Positions 48,914 to 59,059 are shown, numbered from the stretch's first letter. The stretch is DNA of 64,000 nucleotides from Terriglobia bacterium (GCA_965198225.1 CBDAOY010000005.1:847065-911064), one strand, 5' to 3'. Notes: a model not told the origin generated them from the sequence alone. Made by a program: numbers and translations.

Positions 48914-49067
48914 GCAAACAATCCGCCAACAAATTCATGCTTGCCGGCATCCTTAACTACCAGATGCATGCGGCACAGGTATGGGATAACGCTCAGCAGT
49001 TTGCAGAAGAAACCCTCAAAAATCCAGGTGATCTTTGGACTGCCATCATAAAGATTCGCAAGTGGAA

Positions 49068-50472
49068 CCCAGGTTCAAGGGGTCGTCGCAACACTACTCT
49101 CGGGGTAAGCGTCGGTAGGCGTCAAGGACTTCAGTAGGTGTCTTCCATCCGAGAGTCTTGCGGGGGCGACTGTTCAGAGCAGAGGCGACAGCCTCGAGGT
49201 CGTCGCGGGAGTGCCTCGACAGGTCGGTGCCCTTCGGGAAGTACTGGCGCAGCAAACCGTTGGTGTTCTCGTTCGTGCCGCGCTGCCACGGACTATGGGG
49301 GTCGCAGAAGAAGATCCCCAGGCCGGTGTGGACGCGAAGTTGGGTGTGTTGCGCCATCTCGGCACCCTGGTCCCAGGTCAGTGTTCGGCGAAGCTGTTCT
49401 GGGAGCTTAGTGATCGATGACACGATGGCGTCTCGGACAGCTTTGGCGCCGTGCCCGGCCATACGGGGCAGGTGTAGCAGGATCGTGAACCGGGTCGTGC
49501 GCTCGACCAGGGTTCCGATAGCGGAGCTGCCCAGCCCGAGGATCAAGTCTCCTTCCCAGTGCCCGGGTACCGCCCGATCTTCTGCTTCTGCCGGCCGCTC
49601 ACGGATCATGATCTCGGGGCTGACGAACTTCTGGCCGCGGCCCCGGGTACGCGCCCTTGGAACTCGAAGCGCTCGCCCAGTGCGCAGACACGCGACCAGT
49701 TCCCGCCGCAGTGCCCCGCCGCCTTGCACGTAGAGCGCCTGGTAGATGGCCTCGTGGGAGATCCGCATCGAATGATCCTCGGGGAAATCGACCCGGAGCC
49801 TGCGAGTAATCTGCTCCGGACTCCACGAACTCGCCCAGCGTCGCGTCTGCCGGTGCCCGTGCCGCCGGCCGATCCAGCGCACATCTGGTCCAGGCACACT
49901 GATCCCGTCAGCGGCGGTGATGACGCCTGCGAGTCGGTCTTGCACATATTGGCGCAGTTTGTTGTTCGCGGCCAGCTTCGCGACTTTCGGCCCAGTGGCG
50001 CGCCGGTCGGCGTGCCACTGGGCCGTTGTGGCTCGATACTGCAGGTCGCCACTGCGGGTCGCAGCGTTCCGACGCAGTTCCCGCGAGATCGTTGATGGAC
50101 ATCGGCCGATCCGACGCGCGATCTCACGAATCCCGAAGCCCTGAACGTGTAAGATCGCGATCTCTTCTCGTTCGGCAAACGACAGATAGCGCCCCGAAAG
50201 CGAGGCCATATTGCTTGACGGCATGCCGCCATTCTCGCGGAACCACCTCGTTCCGACCGCCGGCGACACGCCGGCCACCACCCCCGCTTCCTCACTCGAC
50301 AACCTGCGGGCAATCGCCTCCCAGAATCGCTGCCGATGCTCACGCCGCCCCACCGGCGGACGACCCGGCGACGGCATCGGAAGACGTCCAGCTCGATCAC
50401 TTCGTCGACGCTTGCTCGTTCCCATCGCAACTCCTCACTTTCGAGATGTTGCGACGACCGATTGAATTCACC
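49068..50472 (-). mobile_element. IS30-family insertion sequence
   Basis: Imperfect TIRs TTCAA..GGTCGTCGCAACA at both ends; GAA(C) target duplication. Confidence 0.9.
49094..50425 (-). CDS. IS30 family transposase
   Basis: LS..EREEI, STISRELRRN, WSPEQI, ISHEAIY, PGHWEGDL, TWDQG.EM, PWQRGTNENTNGLLRQY.PK. Confidence 0.96.
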   Translation of the reverse strand: MGTSKRRRSDRAGRLPMPSPGRPPVGRREHRQRFWEAIARRLSSEEAGVVAGVSPAVGTRWFRENGGMPSSNMASLSGRYLSFAEREEIAILHVQGFGIREIARRIGRCPSTISRELRRNAATRSGDLQYRATTAQWHADRRATGPKVAKLAANNKLRQYVQDRLAGVITAADGISVPGPDVRWIGRRHGHRQTRRWASSWSPEQITRRLRVDFPEDHSMRISHEAIYQALYVQGGGALRRELVACLRTGRALRVPRARTRGRGQKFVSPEIMIRERPAEAEDRAVPGHWEGDLILGLGSSAIGTLVERTTRFTILLHLPRMAGHGAKAVRDAIVSSITKLPEQLRRTLTWDQGAEMAQHTQLRVHTGLGIFFCDPHSPWQRGTNENTNGLLRQYFPKGTDLSRHSRDDLEAVASALNSRPRKTLGWKTPTEVLDAYRRLPRE

Positions 50473-51133
50473 GAACACCCCGACAGTCTTCCGCCGTTAT
50501 CACTTGCACCGCTTCCCGGCGGCGCACCAACGCGTCCGGCGAATCGGCAAGGCAATCGTCGAGCACTACAAAGGCGACGCCAGCGTGATCTGGAAGGACC
50601 AGACACCGAACGAGGTCCTGAGCCGCTTGAATGGGATGAGGGTCGGCCAGAAAATCTCGCGGATGATCATCGGCGTACTGTCTGACACTAAACAAATATC
50701 TGGAGTCGGCGAACTAGCGCCTGACATTCACGTCCGGAGAGTGCTGGGCCGTGTCTTCACCGGCGATGTCGTCTCTGCGGATGAAGCGATTCGTATTGCG
50801 GAAGAAATGGAGCCCGATAAATCCTGGATGCTTGACCAGCCACTGTATTCTCTCGGAAAATTTATCTGCAAGCGAACGAATCCGAAATGCGCAGACTGTT
50901 ATCTCTGCAACAAGTGCAACTACTACACGGCGAACGCCTGAATGGTGGGAGGCACTTGAAACGCGCTTTACAGAGTGGAGAGGGATTATGGACTGGCCGA
51001 GGTCGCGTTCGGGTCTACAGTGCCAGGTTTCTGGGGAAAAACCGTGTCAGGCCTGCGGCGCAGATCAACGCTCTCAGCGCAGACCGCGCATCTGTTGTAC
51101 TGTGTAGCAAATCTGACTTTGGGGTCCAGCAAC

Positions 51134-51568
51134 GTGAGCGACTACACCAAATCGCCGCCAGTAGATGTGAACCAAGAGGCGGTGAACCAGGACTACGAAG
51201 CGGCGTACTCTGAGGAGGCGTTCTGGAAGAAGATCGCGGCGGCGGCAATCCGAGCGGGAAGGGAAATTCTGCTCATGGTATTAACGTTGTACTACTGCCT
51301 CCAAGATCCTGACACGCCGCCCAAGGCGAAGGCAATCATCGTGGCGGCACTTGGCTACTTCATTGTGCCCTTAGACGCCATTATAGACTTCGTGCCAGGT
51401 GGTTACGCGGACGATCTTGGGGTACTGGCGATGGCATTCGCCATCGTACTCATTCATATAAAAGCGGAGCATCGGCAGCGGGCGAATGAGAAGCTCGCGC
51501 TGTTGCTTGGGGAAGGCGGCTCAGATCGAAGCGAAAAACGCTCCGCCACTCCGGGCAGTAACGACTGA
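51134..51568 (+). CDS. DUF1232 (YkvA) family protein
   Basis: YSEEAFWKK, TP.KAKA.I..ALGYFIVPLDAI.DF..GYADD. Confidence 0.9.
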   Translation: MSDYTKSPPVDVNQEAVNQDYEAAYSEEAFWKKIAAAAIRAGREILLMVLTLYYCLQDPDTPPKAKAIIVAALGYFIVPLDAIIDFVPGGYADDLGVLAMAFAIVLIHIKAEHRQRANEKLALLLGEGGSDRSEKRSATPGSND

Positions 51569-51672
51569 GGCACTGTGTAGACGACCAACTCAACAACCTA
51601 AACAAACAGCCCGACTAATTCAGCATTCAGCATCACCTCGTTTGGCAGTTAATTGACAAGGAGTGAAGCGTT

Positions 51673-53508
51673 TTGGACACCAGCATTCTGAGTCCCAAGG
51701 CATTGTTCCAGAAAGATATTCGATACACCATTCCGGCATTCCAACGGCGCTATGTATGGACGCAAGACGACCAATGGGAACCTCTCTGGGAGGATGTGAG
51801 GAACACTGCCGACGACTATGTGGAAAAGCTTGATCTTTCGAACGGCGACGGAGTCAAGGCTGAGCAGGAGACCGTTCGCCATTTCTTGGGCGCCGTAGTC
51901 GTTCAGCAAGTGCATACGGCAACCAGAGACGTGGAGCGACGCGAAGTCATAGACGGCCAGCAGAGACTCACGACACTGCAGCTCTTGCTGGATGCGGTTC
52001 AGTATGTCTGTGAAGACAATGGAATAAAGGGTGTGGCGACGCGTCTTTCCAAGCTAGTGATCAACGACGAGAATCTCGTTGGAAATGAAGACGAGATATT
52101 CAAGTTGTGGCCAACAAGCAATGACAGGGAAGCGTTCAAGCACGCCATGCACAACGGCTTGGCAGCAGACGACTACGAGTACTCTCTGATCGTACAGGCA
52201 CATGAGTACTTCCAATTGCAGGCAAGGCACTGGCTCGGCTCGAACACCGGGTCGTTTCAGGTTCGTGCAGAAGCGCTTGAGACGGCAACAACCGGGATGC
52301 TCCAGATGGTGGTGATAGATTTGGGGCCCGATGATGATCCTCACGTTATTTTCGAAACGCTGAATGCGCGTGGAACACCTCTTCTGGAATCCGACCTCAT
52401 CAAGAACTACGCGCTATCCAAGACCAGCCAGGGTGACATCTGGGGCGACCTTGACAACAATTGGTGGCGGCAAGAATTCCGCCAGGGGCGTCTGCTCAGA
52501 CCACGCATTGATGCACTTTTGGACTACTGGCTTGAAATGCGCATATCGGACGACGTTTCTGCCGGTAAGGTCTTCAACGTGTTCAGGAAGGTTGCGGCTG
52601 ACCGTCCGATCGAAGAGGTCATCTCGGAAGTCAACCTCTTCTGGACGATCTGTCGAACTATCGCCGTTATGAGGAAGGCCCGCGACGATCTGTCGAACTA
52701 TCGCCGTTATGAGGAAGGCCCGCGAGAGCACGCTGAAAATGTGTTCCACTATCGTGCCGGCATCATGCAGATGGGTGCTTTTACTCCAGCCCTGTTGGCC
52801 ATCCTGCGCAAGCCGGTCAAAGCGCGAGGCGGTGCTCTACAAGCTCTGGAGAGTTTCCTTGTTCGGCGGATGGTGTGCCGGGATACCACCAAGGACTATA
52901 ACAGGCTGGCGCTTGAGCTCGTCCGTGAACTTGATCGATGCGAGCCTGAAGATGCTGACAGGGTAGTGGCCAAGTTCCTGAGCGGTCAGACAGCCGATTC
53001 CAGGAGATGGCCGACTAACGACGACCTGGAACGCGACCTCAGTACTTTGCCGCTATATCGTCTGCTGACGAGGGGCAGATTGAGATTGCTCCTTGAGGGA
53101 ATCGAGGAGCAGTACCGCAAGATGTCCCTAGCCGAAGAGAACGCGGTTCCTCCAAGACTGACGATTGAGCATGTGCTCCCGCAGAGTTGGGAAGCGCACT
53201 GGCCCCTGCCAACCAACCTTGATGAAGACGAAGCACGGCAAAATCGGAATCTGCTGCTTCATACGATCGGCAACCTGACGCTGGTCACAAGACCTTTGAA
53301 CTCGGTGCAATCCCATCATTCCTGGGAACGTAAGCGGGAAACCCTCGAAGAACACAGCGTCCTGTTCCTGAATCACTTTCTCCTGGCCGAAGCCAGAGGT
53401 GTCCCATGGGACGAGCAGATGATTCTCGCTCGCAGCAAGCGGATGGCCGCCCTGGTATGCGATGTCTGGCCGGGGCCGGATTCGCCCGTTTGGCAGGATG
53501 TCGAGTAG
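51673..53508 (+). CDS. DUF262-DUF1524 protein (GmrSD/SspE-like nuclease)
   Basis: IP.FQRRYVW, HFLG, IDGQQRLTT, FETLNARG, TIEHVLPQ, HTIGNLTL..LN. Confidence 0.92.
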   Translation: MDTSILSPKALFQKDIRYTIPAFQRRYVWTQDDQWEPLWEDVRNTADDYVEKLDLSNGDGVKAEQETVRHFLGAVVVQQVHTATRDVERREVIDGQQRLTTLQLLLDAVQYVCEDNGIKGVATRLSKLVINDENLVGNEDEIFKLWPTSNDREAFKHAMHNGLAADDYEYSLIVQAHEYFQLQARHWLGSNTGSFQVRAEALETATTGMLQMVVIDLGPDDDPHVIFETLNARGTPLLESDLIKNYALSKTSQGDIWGDLDNNWWRQEFRQGRLLRPRIDALLDYWLEMRISDDVSAGKVFNVFRKVAADRPIEEVISEVNLFWTICRTIAVMRKARDDLSNYRRYEEGPREHAENVFHYRAGIMQMGAFTPALLAILRKPVKARGGALQALESFLVRRMVCRDTTKDYNRLALELVRELDRCEPEDADRVVAKFLSGQTADSRRWPTNDDLERDLSTLPLYRLLTRGRLRLLLEGIEEQYRKMSLAEENAVPPRLTIEHVLPQSWEAHWPLPTNLDEDEARQNRNLLLHTIGNLTLVTRPLNSVQSHHSWERKRETLEEHSVLFLNHFLLAEARGVPWDEQMILARSKRMAALVCDVWPGPDSPVWQDVE

Positions 53509-53519
53509 TTGCCGGCGCC

Positions 53520-53868
53520 AAGGTCGCGCGCAAACATTGGACCATGCTGAATGGGTAGCAGGTTTTTCGCAATGCCTTCGGCTATCTGGCTCGACGGGCC
53601 GACAACATTGTATCCACCAGCTGCGGTGGCTCTATGAGCGCCGCGATCTCCCCGAAGCCCGCCGCGACCTGTGAGGTTGCCGGGCTGAAGAAATGGCAGC
53701 GCAAGTATCCCTAGCTTGTGGCTGGGCGAGTCCAACATCCAGGAAACACTTAGCTTTTACTGGCTTCTGCGCCAACACGACAAGCACATGAAGCCGACCA
53801 ACATGCTGGAGAGACTCAACGAGGAGTTTAAACGTCGGACCCGCGTCGTGCGGATCTTTCCGAACTCG
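53520..53868 (+). pseudogene. degenerate IS256 transposase fragment
   Basis: LRWLYERRDL.EARRDL and ETLSFY..HMK.TNMLERLNEEFKRRTRVVRIFPN, in shifted frames. Confidence 0.85.
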
Positions 53869-54093
53869 GAGAATAAGGTGGCGACCCCGCCGCAGGGCGA
53901 TCTCGGTCGGCCTCGAGAAAGCAGGCATCGCGAATCAGACGGGGGCGAGAAACGTCGGGGTCGGAGACCGGCATGGTTCTGTCAGGAACAAACGAACGTC
54001 TTGACCGAACAGTTCAGTAGTATGGAACGTGACGCATTCCATGTTTCGTATCTGTCAGATAAAATACGAGAAGCCGTATTCTATAGTCAGCCC

Positions 54094-54306
54094 GTGAAAA
54101 CCGTTGCCTATTTGAGGGTCTCGACCGCGCAGCAGGACCTGCGCAGCCAGCGCCTCGCCATTCTCGAGTACGCACGCAAACACGACTTCCGCATCGACGA
54201 TTTCATCGAGGCGACCGCCTCTGGACAGCCTTCTGAAAGGCGCCGGCGGCTCGACGAGCTGATGAACGCCCTCCAGCGCGGCGACCGTTTGTGCATTTCG
54301 CGGTAA
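54094..54306 (+). pseudogene. serine recombinase (resolvase) N-terminal fragment
   Basis: AYLRVST..QD..SQ, SG, L..GD.L, then a premature end. Confidence 0.85.
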
Positions 54307-54339
54307 CCCCAACCGTACCTAAGCGCAGGGAGGCGTATC

Positions 54340-55230
54340 ATGGCGGAAGAAACCGGCAAACTCGTAATCGTCGCGGAACGCGGCGGCTCTGTTGCCGAGA
54401 TCTCGGCGTTTCTCTCGGATCTTGAGAATGCCTACTTGGCGCTCTACACATTAGATCTACTGTTGCTTCCGGCTGGACGGTGGCCTCTCCCGTACCCATT
54501 TCCGCCTTTCAGCTCACCGCAATTTGTTCCATTGACAACTGATGCGCTTCCACCAAATGCGAGACTCACGCTTGAACGAGTCCGCATTGAGTCACCGGGC
54601 ATTTGGGAGTTTTTGGGCTCCCTGAACCCATTGCAGCAAATCCGAGAGTACCTGAAGGATCGACACAGCCGCCGACAGGATCGGGGCGTTGCCTTGTTGA
54701 CTGGACTGAGGCGGGGTGAGCTGTTTGCGCTGCGCTGGAAGTCGTTCGACGAGGACTCATGCTGCATCACGGTCTCGGAAGCGGTCTACGAAGGCCGGTT
54801 TGGATTGCCGAAGACAGAAGCGGGAAAGAGAAGGATTCCACTATCGGAGTTCGGCTGCAACCTCCTTCATGAGTGGAAATCCATGGCCAGGGAGACCAAT
54901 CCTGATGGTCTGGTTTTCTGCACACGCTCCGGCAAGCCGATTTCGCCTAACAACGTTTTGCGCACCTGGGTATTCCCAGCATGTGAGGCAGTGAATCTGC
55001 CGCACGCCACGTGGCTCACGTTCCGCAGGACTTACTGCTCCTGGGCTCACGACAAGAATGTTCCAGCAAAGGTCGTCGCGGAGCTGATGGGCCACTCCAA
55101 TGTCAGCACCACCCTCAACGTGTACACGCAGGTCCTGCACGACTCGGTACGTGTTGCTGCAGACCGCATCGGCGAGGAATTGTTCAGTATTGTTCAGTCG
55201 GGCGAGGGGACGAGCGAGCTAATACACTGA
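54340..55230 (+). pseudogene. chimera: unknown N-terminus fused to a tyrosine integrase catalytic domain
   Basis: From ~54685: TGLRRGEL.ALRW, PKT, TFRRT, LMGH, T..VY. No integrase N-terminal domains; ends 8 bp from the tRNA 3' end. Confidence 0.8.
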
Positions 55231-55237
55231 AAATAAA

Positions 55238-55311
<74 letters not shown>

Positions 55312-55522
55312 TCATTGGCACGTGGGTGCACTGACGGTCGTGCGCCGCGTATGCGGAACTGACAACTACCCTAGCAAAGGCACATATAAAGTTCAATTGA
55401 CGTATGCCGCCGCCGGAAGCGAGTGGTTTGCCAAGACTGCCGCCGGCCGTGGCCCTCGCCACTCTCCCGGAGTGGGCGCGTCCTCGAAAGGTTGCTATAC
55501 TGCCCGGTCCTTAGGAGGAGAT

Positions 55523-56812
55523 GTGCCACCACGCAACGCCGCGGCGGTGATCCTGTACCGCGAAAGTCCGGAGCTGGAGGTCTATTGGGTTCGGCGGTCC
55601 CGAACAATGATGTTCTTGGGCGGCTATTATGCCTTTCCCGGTGGCCAGTGCGAGCCGGGAGAGGAGATGACGGCCTGCGCGGCGCGGGAACTCGACGAAG
55701 AACTCGGTGTTCGGGTCGAGGAGGCCGCACTGAGTCCGGTCGGCCGCTGGGTGACACCCGCCTTCGCTCCGCGCCGTTTCGATACGTGCTTCTTCCTTGC
55801 GCAATGTCAGGAGGGGCAGAATCCCACCCCGAACACTCCTGAACTCGACCATGGCGAATGGGTCCGGCCCGGTGATGCCGTCGCGCTGTGGGAAGAAGGC
55901 TCCATTATGATGGCGCCGCCCATCCGACATGCCCTGGAGGCCCTGTCGTCGGGACTCGACGATATTGAATCTCGAATCACCCAGGATCCCAGGGCTCGAG
56001 GCGGGGAAATAAGTGCGATCGAGATGCGGAAGGGCATCGTCCTCGTTCCGGTACGGACACCCACCCTGCCGCCGGCCACCCATACGAACTGTTACCTCGT
56101 CGGTGGCGACGAGCTGATCGTTATCGATCCGGCTTCGCCTTACCCGGAAGAGCAGGCGATCCTGGATTCCGTCCTCGAGGACATGGTTGCGGAGGGTCGC
56201 AAGATCCGGGAGATCTGGCTGACCCACCGTCACAGCGATCACATCAGCGGTGCCAACCATCTGCGTGATCGATGGAAGATCCCCATCGCGGCGCATGAAG
56301 TCACCGCGGACGAGATTCGAGGGATCGTCGAAGTGGATCGGTTTCTCGTCGATGGGGAACGGGTGGAACTGGCCGGCGACCCGGGCTGGACGTTGAAAGT
56401 CCTGCATACGCCAGGGCACGCCCGCGGCCACGTTTGTGTTCTCGAGGAAAAGCGTCGGTCCGTGATCACCGGCGACCTGATGGCGGGCATCGGGACCATT
56501 CTCATCGACCCGCCGGAAGGACACATGGCGACCTACCTCGCATCGCTGCGGCAAGTAGAAGCGCTCAACCCGGAAGCGCTGTTCTTCGCCCATGGCCCGG
56601 CGTCGGCCACGGCGCCCGAGAAGCTCCGCGAATACATCGATCATCGTATGGAGCGTGAGGCCAACATCCTCAAAGCCTGGGAGCGGGGAACCCGGACGGC
56701 CGACGAAATCGTTCCGGAGATTTACACCGACGTCCATCCGAAGATGTGGAGCCTGGCCGAGCGGTCGGTGACGGCACATCTGGAGAAATTGAGGGAAGAG
56801 GGAAGGATCTAG
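55523..56812 (+). CDS. NUDIX plus metallo-beta-lactamase-fold fusion protein
   Basis: FPGG..CAARELDEELG, W.TP..RRFDT.FF; TLPPATHTN, THRHSDH, TPGHARGH, GD; GGAGG RBS. Confidence 0.88.
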   Translation: MPPRNAAAVILYRESPELEVYWVRRSRTMMFLGGYYAFPGGQCEPGEEMTACAARELDEELGVRVEEAALSPVGRWVTPAFAPRRFDTCFFLAQCQEGQNPTPNTPELDHGEWVRPGDAVALWEEGSIMMAPPIRHALEALSSGLDDIESRITQDPRARGGEISAIEMRKGIVLVPVRTPTLPPATHTNCYLVGGDELIVIDPASPYPEEQAILDSVLEDMVAEGRKIREIWLTHRHSDHISGANHLRDRWKIPIAAHEVTADEIRGIVEVDRFLVDGERVELAGDPGWTLKVLHTPGHARGHVCVLEEKRRSVITGDLMAGIGTILIDPPEGHMATYLASLRQVEALNPEALFFAHGPASATAPEKLREYIDHRMEREANILKAWERGTRTADEIVPEIYTDVHPKMWSLAERSVTAHLEKLREEGRI

Positions 56813-56872
56813 AAGACGTAGGCCGTTGTGCGTGGGCCGTTGGCGGCTGCGCCGCGGGGAAAGTGGGGCCCA

Positions 56873-57082
56873 TCACGTGTTCACTTCCCGGCCGTTCGGA
56901 GTGAATATCGTTTCGATCGACTGCTCGAAGACATCGGCGATGCGGAAAGCGAGGGGCAGGCTCGGGTCGTATCGACCGGTCTCGATCGCATTGACGGTCT
57001 GCCGTGATACTTCGAGTTGGACCGCCAGGTCTGCCTGAGTCCAGTCACGCTCGGCGCGCAACACCTTGATCCGGTTTTTCAT
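56873..57082 (-). CDS. XRE-family HTH regulator
   Basis: MKNRIKVLRAERDWTQADLA..VSRQTVNAIE.G.YDPSL.LAF. Confidence 0.92.
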   Translation of the reverse strand: MKNRIKVLRAERDWTQADLAVQLEVSRQTVNAIETGRYDPSLPLAFRIADVFEQSIETIFTPNGREVNT

Positions 57083-57507
57083 CGGTATCGCCGCCATCCA
57101 AGAGTCACACCGAGGGAATAGGACACCGCCATGAACATCAACGCATCGGTAGGGCTGCCTTCGTAGAAGCCGGCCTCGTTGGCCAGTTCGAGGCCGATGA
57201 TCGCCATCACCCCGACACCGAATGCGAAGGCAAGCGCGTCCAACTGCACCTTGCGCTGCAGCTCTTCGACCTCCCGCAGGAACGTCATGAAGGCGCGGAC
57301 TGCCACAACCCCGAGAAGGTTCGGAGCCAGGGCGGCGACCAGCGTGGCCGCGCTTCCGGGCACCAGCACCCGGTCTATGAGGAGGCTTGCCCCCACCCAG
57401 GCCGCCATCCACGCGAACAGCCAGGCCAGCAGGATCCTCTGGTTGCGTCGGTCCCGCTCGGAGAGCCCGACGTCGCACGTAAACCTTTCCCACCACGTCT
57501 TTTCCAT
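57079..57507 (-). CDS. 4-TM membrane protein coupled to the XRE regulator
   Basis: TM helices, EELQRKVQLDALAF, terminal RRYR; ATGA overlap. Confidence 0.8.
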   Translation of the reverse strand: MEKTWWERFTCDVGLSERDRRNQRILLAWLFAWMAAWVGASLLIDRVLVPGSAATLVAALAPNLLGVVAVRAFMTFLREVEELQRKVQLDALAFAFGVGVMAIIGLELANEAGFYEGSPTDALMFMAVSYSLGVTLGWRRYR

Positions 57508-57509
57508 GA

Positions 57510-57593
57510 TTTAAGCCTCCTTGACAAAATATCAATGTCACTTTACATTTTGTAGTGTAAATAACCCTCGACTATATGTCAAGCAAGCTTTAC
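57510..57593. promoter_or_regulatory. four imperfect palindromic operator boxes
   Basis: Consensus GT(A/C)AAG-N4-CTT(T/G)AC at 57510, 57531, 57557 and 57578 in an AT-rich promoter. Confidence 0.65.
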
Positions 57594-57726
57594 TAGCTGG
57601 ATGATCCGTGAGGAGAGGTAATGTGAGGTGGACAGGCGCCTGGCCCTGTCCCCGGGGTGTCTGTTAGCGGAACCGTCGGAACCGAGACTCCTCTTCCCGG
57701 CGGCGCAGCCGCCAACGGACAACGGC

Positions 57727-57990
57727 CTACGGACGCGAAGCGTCCTCCCTCAGCTCCACCCCCGTCGAGCCCCGGTCCGGAAGATCGTGGAACTCGACTA
57801 CGTCGGCGTGCTTTCTAAGAATGGAGTGTACGATCTCGCGCTGCACGCCGATTCCTCTTCCATGGATGATCCGCACCTGGGTCAGTCCCTTCTGTAGCGC
57901 CTGGTAGAGGTACTCCTCGACGACGATCGCAACTTCTTTTGGCTGGAAAGTATGCAGGTCGATCGTGTCTTCGATTGGAATCTCGTGCAC
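57727..57990 (-). CDS. stand-alone Smr domain protein
   Basis: IDLHTF, RIIHGRG.G, G.T.V.L. Confidence 0.88.
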   Translation of the reverse strand: MHEIPIEDTIDLHTFQPKEVAIVVEEYLYQALQKGLTQVRIIHGRGIGVQREIVHSILRKHADVVEFHDLPDRGSTGVELREDASRP

Positions 57991-57999
57991 CGACCCATC

Positions 58000-58221
58000 T
58001 TATTCGATTTTTTCCTCTTCGGCAGGGCGCTCGATCAGGTCTCCGGGCTGGCAGTCCAACTCCCGGCACAGGGCCTCCAGCGTCGAGAAGCGGATTGCCT
58101 TGGCCTTGTTCGTCTTCAGGATGGACAGGTTCGCGATCGTTATCCCGACGCGCTCGGCCAGCTCCGTTAGAGTTACCCGTTTTTCGAGTAACAGGCGATC
58201 CAGGTTGATCTTGATGGACAT
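58000..58221 (-). CDS. YozG-like HTH regulator
   Basis: GITIANLSILKTNKAKAIRFSTL..LC..L.CQPGDL. Confidence 0.92.
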   Translation of the reverse strand: MSIKINLDRLLLEKRVTLTELAERVGITIANLSILKTNKAKAIRFSTLEALCRELDCQPGDLIERPAEEEKIE

Positions 58222-58230
58222 CGTCCCGCC

Positions 58231-58890
58231 TCACACGGTCAGTGACTGATCCTGTTCGAGCTGACTGCCCAAGCGGAAGACTTCAGAGATCACGATTACC
58301 GTGAACCCGACGATAATCGTCACGCCCTGGATCTCGAACGAAGTGCCGAAATTCAAGCCATCGGACGAGAAGTGTGTCATGACGTAGTAGTGTTCCAGCC
58401 CGACGACGAACGACTTCAGCACTTCTCCCGCGATGATGGCGATACCGATCCATCGGATTCGGCCGGCGTTCGCCCCAACGAACGGAGTTCCGGCCTTGAG
58501 CGTCGCGAACACGGCACGAAGCTGGTAGAGGACCCACATAATGATCACGAGACCCAGCGCCGCGACCATCATGTTCAATTGGTAGAACCAGCCGGGCGGC
58601 ACTTCGAAACTCAGTTCGGAGAGCGCCTGACCCATCTCGGCCGTTTCGATACCGAGCGCGTCGGCCCGTATTTCGTAACTGCCTTCCTCGAGCTCAAAAA
58701 CGACGGGAACCGTCATCGTTGCCCAGACGCGGTCGATCGACGGTGCAGACGGGTTCAGCGACGGACTCGTGAATGCCCCGGCGACCATCAGCAACCCGAC
58801 CAGGGCGAGTCCGGCAAACGACAGATACCACAGTACGTCCATGATGATCTTCAGCACCGAGGCAATCGATGTTTTCCCCATGACCTCCAT
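58231..58890 (-). CDS. DUF2975 membrane protein
   Basis: G.PF...NA.RIR.IG, ISEVFR.G..L..DQ.LTV; paired with a YozG-like HTH. Confidence 0.88.
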   Translation of the reverse strand: MEVMGKTSIASVLKIIMDVLWYLSFAGLALVGLLMVAGAFTSPSLNPSAPSIDRVWATMTVPVVFELEEGSYEIRADALGIETAEMGQALSELSFEVPPGWFYQLNMMVAALGLVIIMWVLYQLRAVFATLKAGTPFVGANAGRIRWIGIAIIAGEVLKSFVVGLEHYYVMTHFSSDGLNFGTSFEIQGVTIIVGFTVIVISEVFRLGSQLEQDQSLTV

Positions 58891-58906
58891 AAAGATCAAC
58901 CTCCTT

Positions 58907-58967
58907 TTATTGATAAACAATAAATATTTATCGATAAACAGTCAATATATTTATTGAAAAACAATAA
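58907..58967. promoter_or_regulatory. three palindromic operator boxes TTATTG-N5-CAATAA
   Basis: Boxes at 58907-58923 and 58951-58967 have perfect arms; 58928-58944 is degenerate. Confidence 0.7.
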
Positions 58968-59059
58968 AAGTAAGGATTGCACGCTACCTGTATGAACGGC
59001 TGTTTTCGTTCGGGTCCGTGCCAATTTTCGGGGCGCTCGTGTAAGATCACAGGGTTGCG

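Larger units (their letters stand above)
48914..50941 (+). pseudogene. endonuclease III / HhH-GPD-like glycosylase with an FeS cluster, split by IS30
   Basis: Removing the IS and one GAA gives in-frame ..RKWNTPTVFRRY..; contains VGQK, PDIHVRRV and CKRTNPKCADCYLCNKC. Confidence 0.8.
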
